64,000 nucleotides of DNA from an uncultured virus (IMG/VR IMGVR_UViG_3300005253_001911). Lineage: Duplodnaviria; Heunggongvirae; Uroviricota; Caudoviricetes. The translations under genes and the position numbers were made by a program. Below the pieces are notes generated by a model, which saw only the letters and a list, made by a program, of their open reading frames with translations, made no database searches and was not told where the DNA came from. Shown in pieces: positions 42,801-46,913 of the stretch; positions within the stretch are counted from its first letter, which is position 1, and every line of letters begins with the position of its first letter. Location of the stretch: IMG/VR virus record IMGVR_UViG_3300005253_001911. One strand, 5' to 3'.

Positions 42801-42891
42801 TAACAATAGTCGTAGCCAGATCCTTGGTAGATTTATCGGTTGACGACTTTTCTATGTTTTCTATTTGGATTTTGTAAGTATCGACCGGCAA
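21889..42891 (-). CDS. Giant tape measure protein fused to a DEDDh exonuclease, a single-chain two-barrel RNA polymerase and a PD-(D/E)XK nuclease
   Basis: 7000-aa ORF, TTG start with GGAGG at 42900-42904. It sits in the canonical TMP position (after tail tube and chaperones, before hub). Domain motifs are listed as separate features. Confidence 0.9.
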   Translation of the reverse strand: MPVDTYKIQIENIEKSSTDKSTKDLATTIVKLTRQADKLQRALERSAEIVKKTGEVDIAVVKRNEKRLALLEKAINNLQGALSKVSVVLKETPKAIEKAVSAGKIATEIAAGIKAAGVAGGAAATIKNAPEIIKHVKALTDALKRVKTSRAFETGRADVVNKLEKALTELKKKERSSQELSKSIGELSKAVGAKTKPVGRPTERMAPPVLFDKALKDMGAEFKDIKEKLGQKIVVAVDLETSEIKKVATEFGKKAAVEFISQIGFQKGTIADIMSGKAQKGQFLVKPPKGVTTEEQYKKLIGNIGKVEPIAFEKLQKEGMEATEAMKKLADVLKDAEVIIGQNIKGFDIHVLEQHFKKAGIEIDSAIDKLVDTLDLARKAFPKRMSHSLAKFEEDFRLAGVEIKSFGKGLHDATFDLDITATLLKAVDGSTKELAAAEGDLASKLNSIQKTVESSTSDFEELQKATRESAAKIADSADSFSTHIKDASIAAEHTTKSLNKAVIEIEDLAKLRSNIQANIFKGGQVIGPRPTADPFAFKAPAGAVKEEKAAAIFGDLAKSLDKLQNNIVNSLEKGMTKGMQILKTEAGEAFQLATGKGEFELKIVDVRGLRKAIASDFQQFVPKGGTAGELIDTFKQAFVQAQLSSFRTPEAMADALYREIGGLTSETAKEMGKAVGKLFKDIKEKTIAPADIITSQTDLTRLFSQVVLEARAEKKLMEDFVKRLAIPAISVGEQGLPAFKTKFGAERAVANFATINTGLERLAKEMQLLGAPAVELERMMREISKLPIRIPSGAGARTPAEELTAAKAEKLAAILVKRVIELGGETTVKGGLAKAVAMGRMERGTLTTEKAPEFIGATRSIKELLVEADVLKVSFLDVAKAMDTISFENFYDMLDRLFQAGKTPFIEKQAATIGRFTSSMRDISSVVNEVVGLMPLIEPGRVKRTAVDVESLRVLTRPTAKPLGPEQQTKHIVDAGLLWKDIVRRSERLGQPGIFEGKEFLGKPIASSLDVSDAASSVVKQLNLVNNNLKAIDKTMINMSTANLRATAPFKEFSSINRQLSNVANALKIGGGAGEIPSLVSAKERGMIESGKFGAGGFGFNVLTELRNTASTFEDQIVISGRLAKVFTEITQRLIKPAKVLLETGGRITEIEPGLQRVLPEARKRAEQGEESFQKVLGEVSGQFQDILGVPQRYRGRADIADIGKKIETVMREHRGKTAEVQSAALTEVFLNFFGRKFTTRFGTKGVSVTQQGDPELPKRIKSIEDVSTFIKRGFRAGVKPGPGLGVAEVPKSMGQLLSELMKAEGGMAGAAGLKMHDMLIESGNKFILEMFKDASKGLVTEEEALKQKKLFTDVSQVFKSMFDVELPSGVAGIKEIKDISKTRFGEEALTEFKPIEARISSRGIAKRGLMPEVLEAVVNNLIGSTTGVTTLSDDIKKGALLETKEARDSLREVMIELGFEPFKDLAGVIERIKFEKPSISQEEIDKLLEYEKAVAVYTEVVNEFGERVQSLVAPKFLQIVEEPHIFKEATPGEIEKGVKGLRLDFQSFAAMAGVFGEGSKMMQELAASTALASDQGWELIKTFQSLDPTMVGMRESMLKSLKSVKLEDITKFDEATGTIEQLKGTIFDIGKFPTAFKTQIPSTKPGPLKYEEFRVPGPSLRGTYQEELLGTQAPTGTGRYLANLISAAKSVEELADAARTRGAGLSEEFQRKFATTIRAELTKTLTDTIKTFQKLEKASTPQNIEFMERTIGKFKTALSPTRPAAGVYQEGSEAGELPSFEAFSKRFKGQYSKIFGRLSDILIGANPESLKREVDQINSALKAFREGATGDIPSRFRTPQLEVKAKRAGGFEPLLESFLRQTEKRTKAKTVFDIELEAGNLDEFAKNVGISIQQSIEEALQLRREALSKAKVRYFKELGKEVFGKKKGIEQVFFQRVTPAITGKAISAIADKTEDLNNLLEELGKEYVIDLKIPGIEGIVKNVKNLTELHSDFVEKAKRVGLPVLKPGEIGLPSEMLKKIQVRTGEKSEIALSLEELIKKEQDVFVQSVRFPFTGVSSIQPHIARIMEDLVKGPLGKFSIAVPGAPGFAKKEGQEGLIELTQTLDKLREFVGIKPLKELPEDTITLLKKREEEWAKGTEEGAMAAGKLTSAIEGLLKVIQRAIPTFTSMEQKLDFDGDALFIHTGQVQESRDEIKKHFEALGKDTTAVRTLFRSVFTAVKETDVAALSEMANIFSKKHPGTQGFEFLTKPFIQEDVKNLNIKEVLGALFDQPEAARGFVEKQVIPDVAKRVGATAAQREEFIKQARSSETGIPELGESADVVSKNMAKLTEELIRRQLWERKYADAISGQLFKIETGRTVEGISRLARISEMETGFGAGVAGTGKAFQPAPEFLKAFPKESMALGRDPVGEFAARVNEILRFVIQKGMDVKHAGVEAIGPQLLSRIGKSNVSEFVGKSLDDAKKGIDKNWEELSDFNDEITNQMKLRLGSLSTEELKKELQLFEPEAEVDISREALMERILSKVNIEATFEELFRMIQRAAIKGLSKNLQRQLEEGPLTPATVKLRRDVKAAGGVEQFAEIRIAKESISDTGIAISKHIVTNLQPLYKMRTSMETMATAADRTGIKIDPEQINLPAEGGDIFRRDLKTARKAAASLSTALAETGTVETGGVHKFLVLTAIQQRYKELEELQKLEKQAQGFAGAVTVPFSGILEANKLAAQVLREAGAPGEQPDPGKITEWLDQMASAQKAARTKVEDISKIAGLRPLIPEEEALIGAGFEEKQRGRIFGGVKGLLEREALVREEQIVPADIEQRAQEITDKIQKFAQFQLSTIEQLRRVSEIMATVPAQKEYLERAFPDIDFEKGAARTQAAEKEAITSQEDRIKAIEEWHKRSFPTARTKELEQVAKSFDIPDTAATVELKETTVGVADALTGAISEALVRRKRDALKYLESKAKGPELAKQVPLHEVFRASALKGGGAFGGGTQTEGILQEMLGLTKPSALLEVTGLRGTAVHRQKQKELLERFPKAEIEVPIEDFGNKITGHLDVVYEEAGQKIVADIKTIYSTAQFDRLRQISEEIEKEQTTVQEKLRELKAADPTGYLEKNIIRRLEDYLSQVNVYLKGVEGAVGKIIIVSTFDPRKEFTIDIGAFDPALFDKDIKEVEKSRRIVSNILGSLSVTGGLPPDLLKEYPKIYKELAKKLGAIGPEEFAKTLPTRPVGETPATSQEVLGRLTSKEEERFARMSKEYLDLFQALGGPGQGERQLKFLFAKGGAAAGAAGAPPVPPGGGGPGDGFDDEDEIKKRIEKIITRMQRGIEPEPREMVAIVKAIDDAQEIADAAKGKDGQEQVAANLEALIDSIERVIVQVGGDPESYRKIATTLKEYQAAIINPISAMKDYTADIERIQPSRPEAVHKNLRALYEAAIRINRLADSEEIQKFGPDIAGLLTEAAEKGPGIDISSRLSQAMGDLPVEKRGGLQKIWQFYKKSISEYFLRRLDALKKTIEQESGAPEGRQAFIEYEQVIEKFLANIRGTVGKMSDIFTTAGPSGKKTQFVDEELARLTGIYRSPKQIEELVKQTTVTGTPFKPILDMLTADLDAANIEDIAAPLEKVNAAFSALIAPKGKVQGIDLKEILMDAELFGRFGEEAVAKWDFDKLVQGITQLRAGLQSYNRLRISGFSGADYTEAVRVNVEETVKLLKQLEKAVVPSGGPGGSALGLINVPSNLDPGTQALLHRRNLAQIRKFFKTAEAAGGPERGQAFSLRQKVVDPATKQVLKDSIIHFRNIGQTANSTGQQIGLFTEKYDDMIASLQSRKGVGQAFKRVINWGIASRTVYGMVGALQDTINTMADVETGISKLRQVMSPLNTNFEELTKSALTFAKDFGLPIRQVIDAMRVFAQQGLAQEEVVDRTRTSMLAANVTTLSTTDATEAITAAMKVYRIEGQGTIRFLDSWSEVSAKHAVTSATLADALKKSAAVASTAGVTFDQLNGIITGIGETSRQTGKEIGTSLRFMFRRLTSQKAPEALQKIDIPVIGESNALRSGFDILGDLAAKWDELNSAQKLNIATAIGGRRHYNNLIILMDHWDDVLDTLEDSVNSKGAAERRNMIVMQTYAKRLQQVRESLSELQVQFGKFALPVAKVILTGLKGVIEVISNIPPGLKIAALGFSALFVLITKGSSLISSVVNRIKSFTGVFSDFGSEFMNQFKVGIFETFGKLPKALNTIDTRGLTTIGKAGQSIQDFESTIGKAAFTLAQFGRGWNVVMSEIAATGTATSETISKAFGAAAGGLGGLAVTTITKNPALAGILDIAATGAAASEGAFQKLGELFGVPAEALAMWSRENTNFVKSVAPLAGSLLALIPITGKIGDGLKKLAFSADQYEDSIAPLRRKLGDEISDIVELSRSYSKLDENIKKANQSREPQSIETALRRQEYVSPVFALEKDAKKARNLANLMAKTNIDLIQSFDEFGNAILKPTGNLEEYFKVLKSAKIEELAEAEVAALQKFAEELTNAGSASAKFRSELKKFVKEIPGIGPLLAEQIKVSPAQELKEAKDALNRILEARDKFPMTTAFDELFSRYYQNLEGIRKRYDEFYNDFKRILSELSTQGLTAEQIGGLLGSEGLEKGFQLMVDIEPRLRKAADVGIVDWEDVLGIEILRRIHPEISIDYAAPFTKELLREAKVIQRSTEAFVGDIVLFDKEIEKQFAVAGDQGILKYKEGLGYFVEVIDKELRSTKEIPFDSVKNFVDSIFPAHRIVEQLEVNLDILEESLTGAAAGMIGVADKEFKRTFNLGPRFFEQIPTTTLLQTPIGFNKQSGTFGPQKTKQDFPEIIREFFIAPQKELAMLTETAKKRLDADKSLGKGVQEEIERLSTIIKNNQVVVQYMAVMVDLNKTMAESSRILNENLAVEKARTEHLVETAGLLAGIPEGFDNLNLGIRNFFDLTAHQRVLLRERALPTEKREFTQGATEIREEGIRRQSLAVELEQVTKAMVQIQRIREQAKGAGAIVPRDMLMSITEAVESGGTTMDGLQLDAQRKTEGHTADTVERLDDMLSAMKDPKAQARTIGQVEKFSNQLSKDIVSLGSTMPETLKHQFDRLAKLRQLHEKARNVQVVKAIDQAMTESSRKLIETVGVRKAAEIIEPRKSLIPSPLDVVKSIGKALGPSTDVFRHLPGEFNLEDLLSRAMGGEGLRGFTQRLKQSAEGATESQVRNAKVMNALRFALPGGIGLLTPAVEPVSKFKGIVESPEFKNLSKLMNDQNKISVVSSQTLTKLFAAYGAFNDIARRAARREQRGFEVQIMQLREQRKGLTVKFKAGEIEKTDFVSQTRDINKQMIDLSKRMKEAGKTAETRATREAVGLIASATTTFARSAGFSESALNALGKTAAGSIVAWHAWSTLTGKEMPEAVNKATDALKNWSDGLGDEGVDWLERLKFGAGQLFGGGFGAAGAAGAAAGGVEDMAKAQKDILNEEEKDKIRKMKDLQVSEDQVSKADDLLKDIKAGDTKKLSEDEKMVGINQDQLTTLLSIEENTRRAADGSEESARESKAEPSEEKKPVAAITKTLRDKLDVLRQERLGGKGKDTATRIRDLITAATVVAAGGYLGEKTKLSAELGEATRKAEKISKSFETLVKKFPNEVDAMIKELKVKREEAAKAAAEGAPEPEVKSRLLDAEKQFQTFIGQLSLMADSIGTELKDSTSKIAKAADRAALELHKEQVSKSIDDFAKSIVDASIDLEASMRFSTETIGAMRGLPRFEEIPTGKLPHELTATERLMKEGGEQWQNMFKAFQIISKTRDGIVELIKENSKRIVTQQVSLAKEGSKAFIENQKKAVEKELAKIPKFKALGKRVFEQYKALPEDERKAQQEQTTRSLASFNKRTRDIRSQAKDFNTSMGFSEFEKLMKSRRSQLKRLKDTSRQITKWWREGQITPEVYSKAIPKINKRVIEVQQGVQRLEEFGEKSTLAQAVVVLAEKARDAAEVLKYEADLHKLLAADADKLTQSMAALQQILFTGLNIQQVIGDFKRLKESFKISEEQRGFQNLIEDVMSRLRGGAHPEAPVFPTFEMVQAGVPSGDLFGMNKAESRRAEIVAREGRAPTLAEEQRIAFDTMLQQKKLAQAREDDKLRDQLRLAANMDTALIEAQQRAFKIEDPTARQTQIDALQELRDALRERVRTAGERAGEIEPGVFRRKGLAPLEDIGEGAQKIFETISKATGDLAKSFEDTIQKISVFQSPVVKELNDANQYLQAIRDNTAAKPGILSRIKTSVFGKVDETGAAPKAKQEGGSIVGPGGPTTDSVPILASTGEYVVKASSVSKLGTPVMNYINSTGNLPTMAASGGKVLAENKFIKQQLASGASMKEIQAELGGVKRDPLLDPTGLVAGGLGSFALSGALSSIIKSFAGKGLGRIGKTLLLRLGLAGTREGSIRAVGATLESQQSSRVTQGKTPTSIVGHRGFAGGLIPSFQKGGLTEAKKKHLDEIALEQRARRSKELRERQPIKPVPMSEKDSVWDYLRFLFTGEVGKFQGGIIQSFKNGGQPDLIETERGIAAHINKINKLSKEAESSGDYSKLRIYNAKYNLEEALKREKEAKKQKGPEVQKVLETIRKPKRPGLLEFMLKTFRNIGQEITGTTDKKQLGGIIQPFQEGGVVALPEYKNAHRYLTAEDPGKTPVWTPNVAKFITSNIRSRGFEAAADALNEATTWKAFYNSMLDVTGNAEDPEARFNKILNIPLPVDPERHKGAIRRNQQQLKNILEQLDKKEGGLISSYEQGTPFVPSNQLAYLHKGEAIVPSEFNTGGLIGLPKFALGGDVSPGKVLKEMESAGEKIGEAVVKKIEETSIDLNIPNESDLPELKVNLDGVQEALNNLNITGVGAVGTTTIDQFIEAANEKFDRLEELSISNTEQINIIDIKASVIDDLKTSMGDLEEQLAFTIRDINTKLVNERSYVDTQINKSLSDFKNVEINPIRTQIQMIELQISGLSNRIEDDHTFTLANINRLDLGVV
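30450..31430 (-). other. TP901-family tape measure core domain (aa ~3820-4150)
   Basis: ADVETGISKLRQV...ALTFAKDFG...AMRVFAQQG...LAANV...DATEAITAAM...LADALKKSAAVASTAGVTFDQLNGII...GKEIGTSLRFMFRRL. Confidence 0.88.
33420..33990 (-). other. RecB/Cas4-like PD-(D/E)XK nuclease domain in the giant protein (aa ~2970-3160)
   Basis: RASAL...GTAVH...EIEVPI...ITGHLDVV...IVADIKT...QVNVY. Confidence 0.8.
35550..39620 (-). other. Double-psi beta-barrel RNA polymerase region, beta-like followed by beta'-like (aa ~1090-2450)
   Basis: Ordered motifs TFEDQIVIS, GRKFTTRFGTKGV, ISSRGIAKRG..PEVLE, KGLRLDFQSF, FGKKKGIEQ, PGEIGLP, VRFPFTG..SIQP, LDFDGD (DFDGD at 36355-36369), IQKGMDVKHAG. Confidence 0.85.
41620..42200 (-). 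other. DEDDh (DnaQ/PolIII-epsilon-like) 3'-5' exonuclease domain in the giant protein (aa ~230-425)
   Basis: ExoI VAVDLETS, ExoII IIGQNIKGFD, LVDTLDLAR...HSL, ExoIII LHDATFD. Confidence 0.85.
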
Positions 42892-42965
42892 GTAACAGTC
42901 CTCCTATATTAATAAAAATTATATTAAGAATATTTACAGGACCTTTCCTTGCCGTGGTTGGTAGG

Positions 42966-43988
42966 TTATCTACGAGATGGTTTAGTTCGACGTGTGCGTT
43001 TTCTAATGAAGTTCCTGTCCTTGACAGCCTGAGCTTCTCTCGGCTGAGCATAATCTATATCCTCATATAATTCATTTGCCTTAGTAATTATAACTTCATC
43101 CTTGTCAAATGCTGACAATTTACCAAATTTCTTTTTATTCTTATTTGCTATTGATTCATTTTTACGTTCTTTATAATAATCATTTAAATAAGCATCCAGA
43201 GCCTCATCATCTGCTATAATATCTTCAGAAGGCTGATCATCTGGCAACATTTCATATATATTCTGATAATAATGTGACCAATATGCCAAGTTCAGCATAT
43301 CATTAGTATATTGAGATGCCGGAACCCCAAACAGAGGCTCCGACGTTTTTAAGCTTGTAACATATCTTATTCTCCACAAATTACTACGTGCAATAGATCT
43401 AATATGTGAAGTAAGTATACCGCCATAAAATAGTATAAACTCTGAAATAACACTTTGTCTAAATACAAGTCTATACTCATTCAGAAATAAATCAAATTCT
43501 GACCACAATAATTCTTCAGTCATAAAATTATAAGCACTGCTCCAACACAAATATAAAATTCTATACTCTTCAGCTTTTGTCTCAGCCGTCATTGAAAACT
43601 TAGATCGTTCTTTAATCTCTATTGTTCTTATCTCATCTTCCAGTTTATGTATAATACCTTTTATTCTATCTTGGTTGGCTTTTACTTTTACTGTTTTAGC
43701 CAGTAAAACTTTTTGTGCTTCAAGTTTAGACTTCAAAGAAGATAATTTACGACGATCTTCCGGAGTAAGTAAATTACGATCTTTCATCAATTCCTTCATT
43801 TTATCAATAGATAAAAGACCTTCTTCTATAGAATCATTATATTCCTTATCATACAATCTACGTGATTTCATCAAACTATAACGACTTGGAAATTTAAATA
43901 AAACTACCTCATCGCCTATATCCAATATCTTGTATCCAGAACTTATTTGATCTATATACCTTTCTACCTCTTCATGAGTTAATTCCAT
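42966..43988 (-). CDS. Putative tail assembly chaperone (pre-TMP gene 2)
   Basis: 340 aa, helical, immediately upstream of the TMP; YYQNIYE...PSEDII.DDEALDAYL. Confidence 0.55.
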   Translation of the reverse strand: MELTHEEVERYIDQISSGYKILDIGDEVVLFKFPSRYSLMKSRRLYDKEYNDSIEEGLLSIDKMKELMKDRNLLTPEDRRKLSSLKSKLEAQKVLLAKTVKVKANQDRIKGIIHKLEDEIRTIEIKERSKFSMTAETKAEEYRILYLCWSSAYNFMTEELLWSEFDLFLNEYRLVFRQSVISEFILFYGGILTSHIRSIARSNLWRIRYVTSLKTSEPLFGVPASQYTNDMLNLAYWSHYYQNIYEMLPDDQPSEDIIADDEALDAYLNDYYKERKNESIANKNKKKFGKLSAFDKDEVIITKANELYEDIDYAQPREAQAVKDRNFIRKRTRRTKPSRR

Positions 43989-43991
43989 TTA

Positions 43992-44774
43992 TTACTCTGA
44001 AGTAATTGTCTTTTTAGGTCGGCCCCTCTTAGTAGCAGCTTTGGCCTTTGGTTTAGATTCAACCTTTAATTTAGGCTTTTCTTCTTCAGGCTCATCATCC
44101 TTTATCGTCATTTTTTCTAACTCCGCCAATGCTTCTGTAGCTTTAGTCTGTATTTCTTCCTCTATCTCTTTAACCGCTACTGCTTCAGGAGTCTTCTCAA
44201 GAAAATCAGAATCTAATCCTTGCAAATATAACATAATCTCAAATCTCGCTCTCATAGCAAAAGACTGGTTTTTTTCCACTAAAAAATCGGAATATTCATC
44301 CCAAACTTTTTCACCTTCTTTGGTCTGCACCATTCTAGAAGTCAAGTATTCAAGACGAGAATCATCAGCAATCTGTTCACATGTATTAGCCATAGGACCA
44401 TTCAACCGCTGATTCCAGTTAAACAGTTCTTCCCTAGCAGCCGCTACTTCTAACGCAGAAGTTTGCTTATCGTCTAAACTATTAACGGACTGCAGTTTTC
44501 CAACTTTTACAGATAGCTCATCAGTCAATTCCTTTTGTCTTTGTTCAAATTCAGGACCAACAATACCTCTACGCATTAAAATATCTATCATTTCAGCAGA
44601 AGTAGTTATGCCCTCTACCAGAGACTTTGTATACATTTTACTATACTGCCAGTCAGCGCCACGTACGTCATCAGCAGTGGGCGCAGCTATGTAGTAAGTC
44701 TTATTAGTAACCGGTTCCGCAAATTCTCTCCTGCCTTCCAAATTCAAAGTTTCCTTGTTTTCTTTATCGGCCAT
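43992..44774 (-). CDS. Putative tail assembly chaperone (pre-TMP gene 1)
   Basis: 260 aa, between the tail tube and the TMP. It resembles 42966..43988 (Y..S..EG......M..LM..R...; T.E..A...R..YL...W.E...FL.E). Confidence 0.55.
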   Translation of the reverse strand: MADKENKETLNLEGRREFAEPVTNKTYYIAAPTADDVRGADWQYSKMYTKSLVEGITTSAEMIDILMRRGIVGPEFEQRQKELTDELSVKVGKLQSVNSLDDKQTSALEVAAAREELFNWNQRLNGPMANTCEQIADDSRLEYLTSRMVQTKEGEKVWDEYSDFLVEKNQSFAMRARFEIMLYLQGLDSDFLEKTPEAVAVKEIEEEIQTKATEALAELEKMTIKDDEPEEEKPKLKVESKPKAKAATKRGRPKKTITSE

Positions 44775-44792
44775 GTTAATATCCTCCTTTTA

Positions 44793-45062
44793 TTATATCC
44801 CTACCTGCTTACTAATTCTTGTCTCAATAATAGTTTCAGCAGTTGGCTCATATTTTACATCGTACCTCATATTTATTTCTTTACTAATATTTCTTATACA
44901 ATTATTACCATGTCGCAAAATTTTCGACCTCAGTTTTTTATACTGGTCATTGTTGGGAACTGCGACTTCCGCATAATCAAGAATTTTCTCAAATAACACA
45001 GTAATTTCTACCGAAATATCTCTAATCAACTTATCCTTATGTCTATCTACCTTTTCATCCAT
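44793..45062 (-). CDS. Hypothetical protein
   Basis: Start moved to ATG 45062 (MDEKVDRHK, AAAGGAG RBS), downstream of a hairpin. Confidence 0.6.
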   Translation of the reverse strand: MDEKVDRHKDKLIRDISVEITVLFEKILDYAEVAVPNNDQYKKLRSKILRHGNNCIRNISKEINMRYDVKYEPTAETIIETRISKQVGI

Positions 45063-45084
45063 TCTGATATCTCTCCTTTCCATA

Positions 45085-45118
45085 ATTATAAAGGTGGGAG
45101 ATAAAATACCCCCACCTA
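45085..45118 (-). terminator. Hairpin/putative intrinsic terminator after the tail tube gene
   Basis: Minus strand AGGTGGGGG-TATTTTAT-CTCCCACCT, followed by TTATAATT. Confidence 0.55.
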
Positions 45119-45136
45119 TATTTTCCAATATACTTA

Positions 45137-46756
45137 CTATGAATTTCTCCTAATCGAATTACCATCAGTGATATGCATAATATCAAGATCACCCTTAATA
45201 ACATACAGATCATTAGTAGAACGGAAACCAAATGTCTGTGTAGCATTAGTTCCCATATCCAATGTGTAAGCTTCATCCGTAATCTTAATATGCTCAACAA
45301 CAATAGTCTTAAGCGCATACTCTCTTTCACCAGCAGCGTAAACACTATTTACAGAACTTGCCATATCAGCAGGGACAGTGCCAACTGAATAGTATTTGTC
45401 TTGTCCAATAAGAGTAGAGCCAACAGCAATAGTTCTATCAGCAGCGGTTCCACCAGCTTCTTCATCAGTCTGAGCGAATACTTTAACAACAAGCTTGAGA
45501 TCTTCTGAAGCCATAAGATCTGCTAGATCTATCTCTACCATAGTACTATCGGCAAAAGCCGCATACCTATCAGCAAATCTTGACCAGTGTTCAAGGTCAC
45601 CAGCTGTAGTGTCAATTGTTACAGTAATAGGGACTGGAACTGTAAGTGGTCTATCGTATGGTCCAAGATGTCCAATTTCTGCAAGAGGCTCTCTTGTAAG
45701 ATCAGCTGTAATAGTACATGCAGTCAATCTCCATGCAGTAGAGTATGCAGTATCAGAATCAGATACAAGATAAATCTCTATCTGACCCTGTCTAACAGCA
45801 CCTATAGTATCTGGACGCTCGGTGTCGTCAAGAATATCAAAATAATTATTTACTGTACCAACGGTATAACCATCGCCAGCATAAACTGCGAATATCTTAT
45901 CCCCAGATGCGGGAGTAGGTCCGCCACTAAGTGGTAGTAATAGCTGATCATCAGCTTCTCTGTAAACAAACTTATCAGCTATCGCAACTCCACCAGCCAT
46001 AACCGGCCAATTAACCTGTGTATCAGCGCTTGAATCGTAATAAGTAATTCCCCTAATTCCATTTACATCCATTCTCAAGAATCCAAGGGTTCCATCACTA
46101 AAAGTAGCAATTGTAACGTCAGTCGCTAAAGTACCTGAAGCAGCAGTAAAATCACCATTAGTATAATCAAGCTCTTCCCAATTCACAAATCTACCAGCAT
46201 TCAACAACCACGTTTTCTGATCAGTTTCAGCGCCATAATTCTCAGTAGCATTCGCGCCAGTAGTATAACCAAACTCAAGGCTGTTTACGAAAACTTCATC
46301 CATAAACATAGTTTGATCAATATTATCGGCTAATGTACCAAGATCGCACTCGGCCTGAACCGGAGCCCACATAGAAATGCCGGGCCTATTACCACAAGTA
46401 ACAGCAAAATCCGGTATAGAAGCACCGTGATGATAATACTTTTCAGTAGCAGAGGCGCCACTGACGGTGGCCAAATTAGCGGTAGCATCGACGGCTGGAG
46501 AAGCAGTCATAACCAGCTTAGCTGTATTCACCTGAGCTAATACAGCCAGAGTACGCACATCACCCCAATCATTGGTGTTCAGGGTAACAGCTACTGCAGG
46601 TACATCATCCACGATATCTACGATGTCTAAATGACCAAGTTCAAATATGTCCTCGGAGGTAAACGTCGTAGTACTTCCAAGAGTCTGCACTCTATACATG
46701 ATTTCACCATTAATCCAAACACTTTGTGAACCATATATGATCCTGTTTCTAGCCAT
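45137..46756 (-). CDS. Major tail (tube) protein
   Basis: 539 aa, acidic and beta-rich (RVQTLG...EDIFELGH). Strong TAAGGAGG RBS, followed by a hairpin, upstream of the chaperones and TMP. Confidence 0.7.
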   Translation of the reverse strand: MARNRIIYGSQSVWINGEIMYRVQTLGSTTTFTSEDIFELGHLDIVDIVDDVPAVAVTLNTNDWGDVRTLAVLAQVNTAKLVMTASPAVDATANLATVSGASATEKYYHHGASIPDFAVTCGNRPGISMWAPVQAECDLGTLADNIDQTMFMDEVFVNSLEFGYTTGANATENYGAETDQKTWLLNAGRFVNWEELDYTNGDFTAASGTLATDVTIATFSDGTLGFLRMDVNGIRGITYYDSSADTQVNWPVMAGGVAIADKFVYREADDQLLLPLSGGPTPASGDKIFAVYAGDGYTVGTVNNYFDILDDTERPDTIGAVRQGQIEIYLVSDSDTAYSTAWRLTACTITADLTREPLAEIGHLGPYDRPLTVPVPITVTIDTTAGDLEHWSRFADRYAAFADSTMVEIDLADLMASEDLKLVVKVFAQTDEEAGGTAADRTIAVGSTLIGQDKYYSVGTVPADMASSVNSVYAAGEREYALKTIVVEHIKITDEAYTLDMGTNATQTFGFRSTNDLYVIKGDLDIMHITDGNSIRRNS

Positions 46757-46913
46757 AATTATTTAGTCCTCCTTAAAAAATTTCAAATCTAAGGTTGGTT
46801 CATTTCTAATATTAATCCTCATATTCAGCATCACAGATCGAGGCATGACTGCTCGCCAAATACCCTTTCCTTTTCCAAACAATTTCTCGCTTTGATGAGG
46901 CATTTATATAACT

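Noticed and set aside
21889..42891. Inteins or stop-codon recoding as the explanation for the giant ORF
   Set aside because: I saw no intein splice motifs or LAGLIDADG blocks. The ORF is open in the standard code, and TAA, TAG and TGA all end genes elsewhere in the window. The length of exactly 7000 aa is treated as coincidence.
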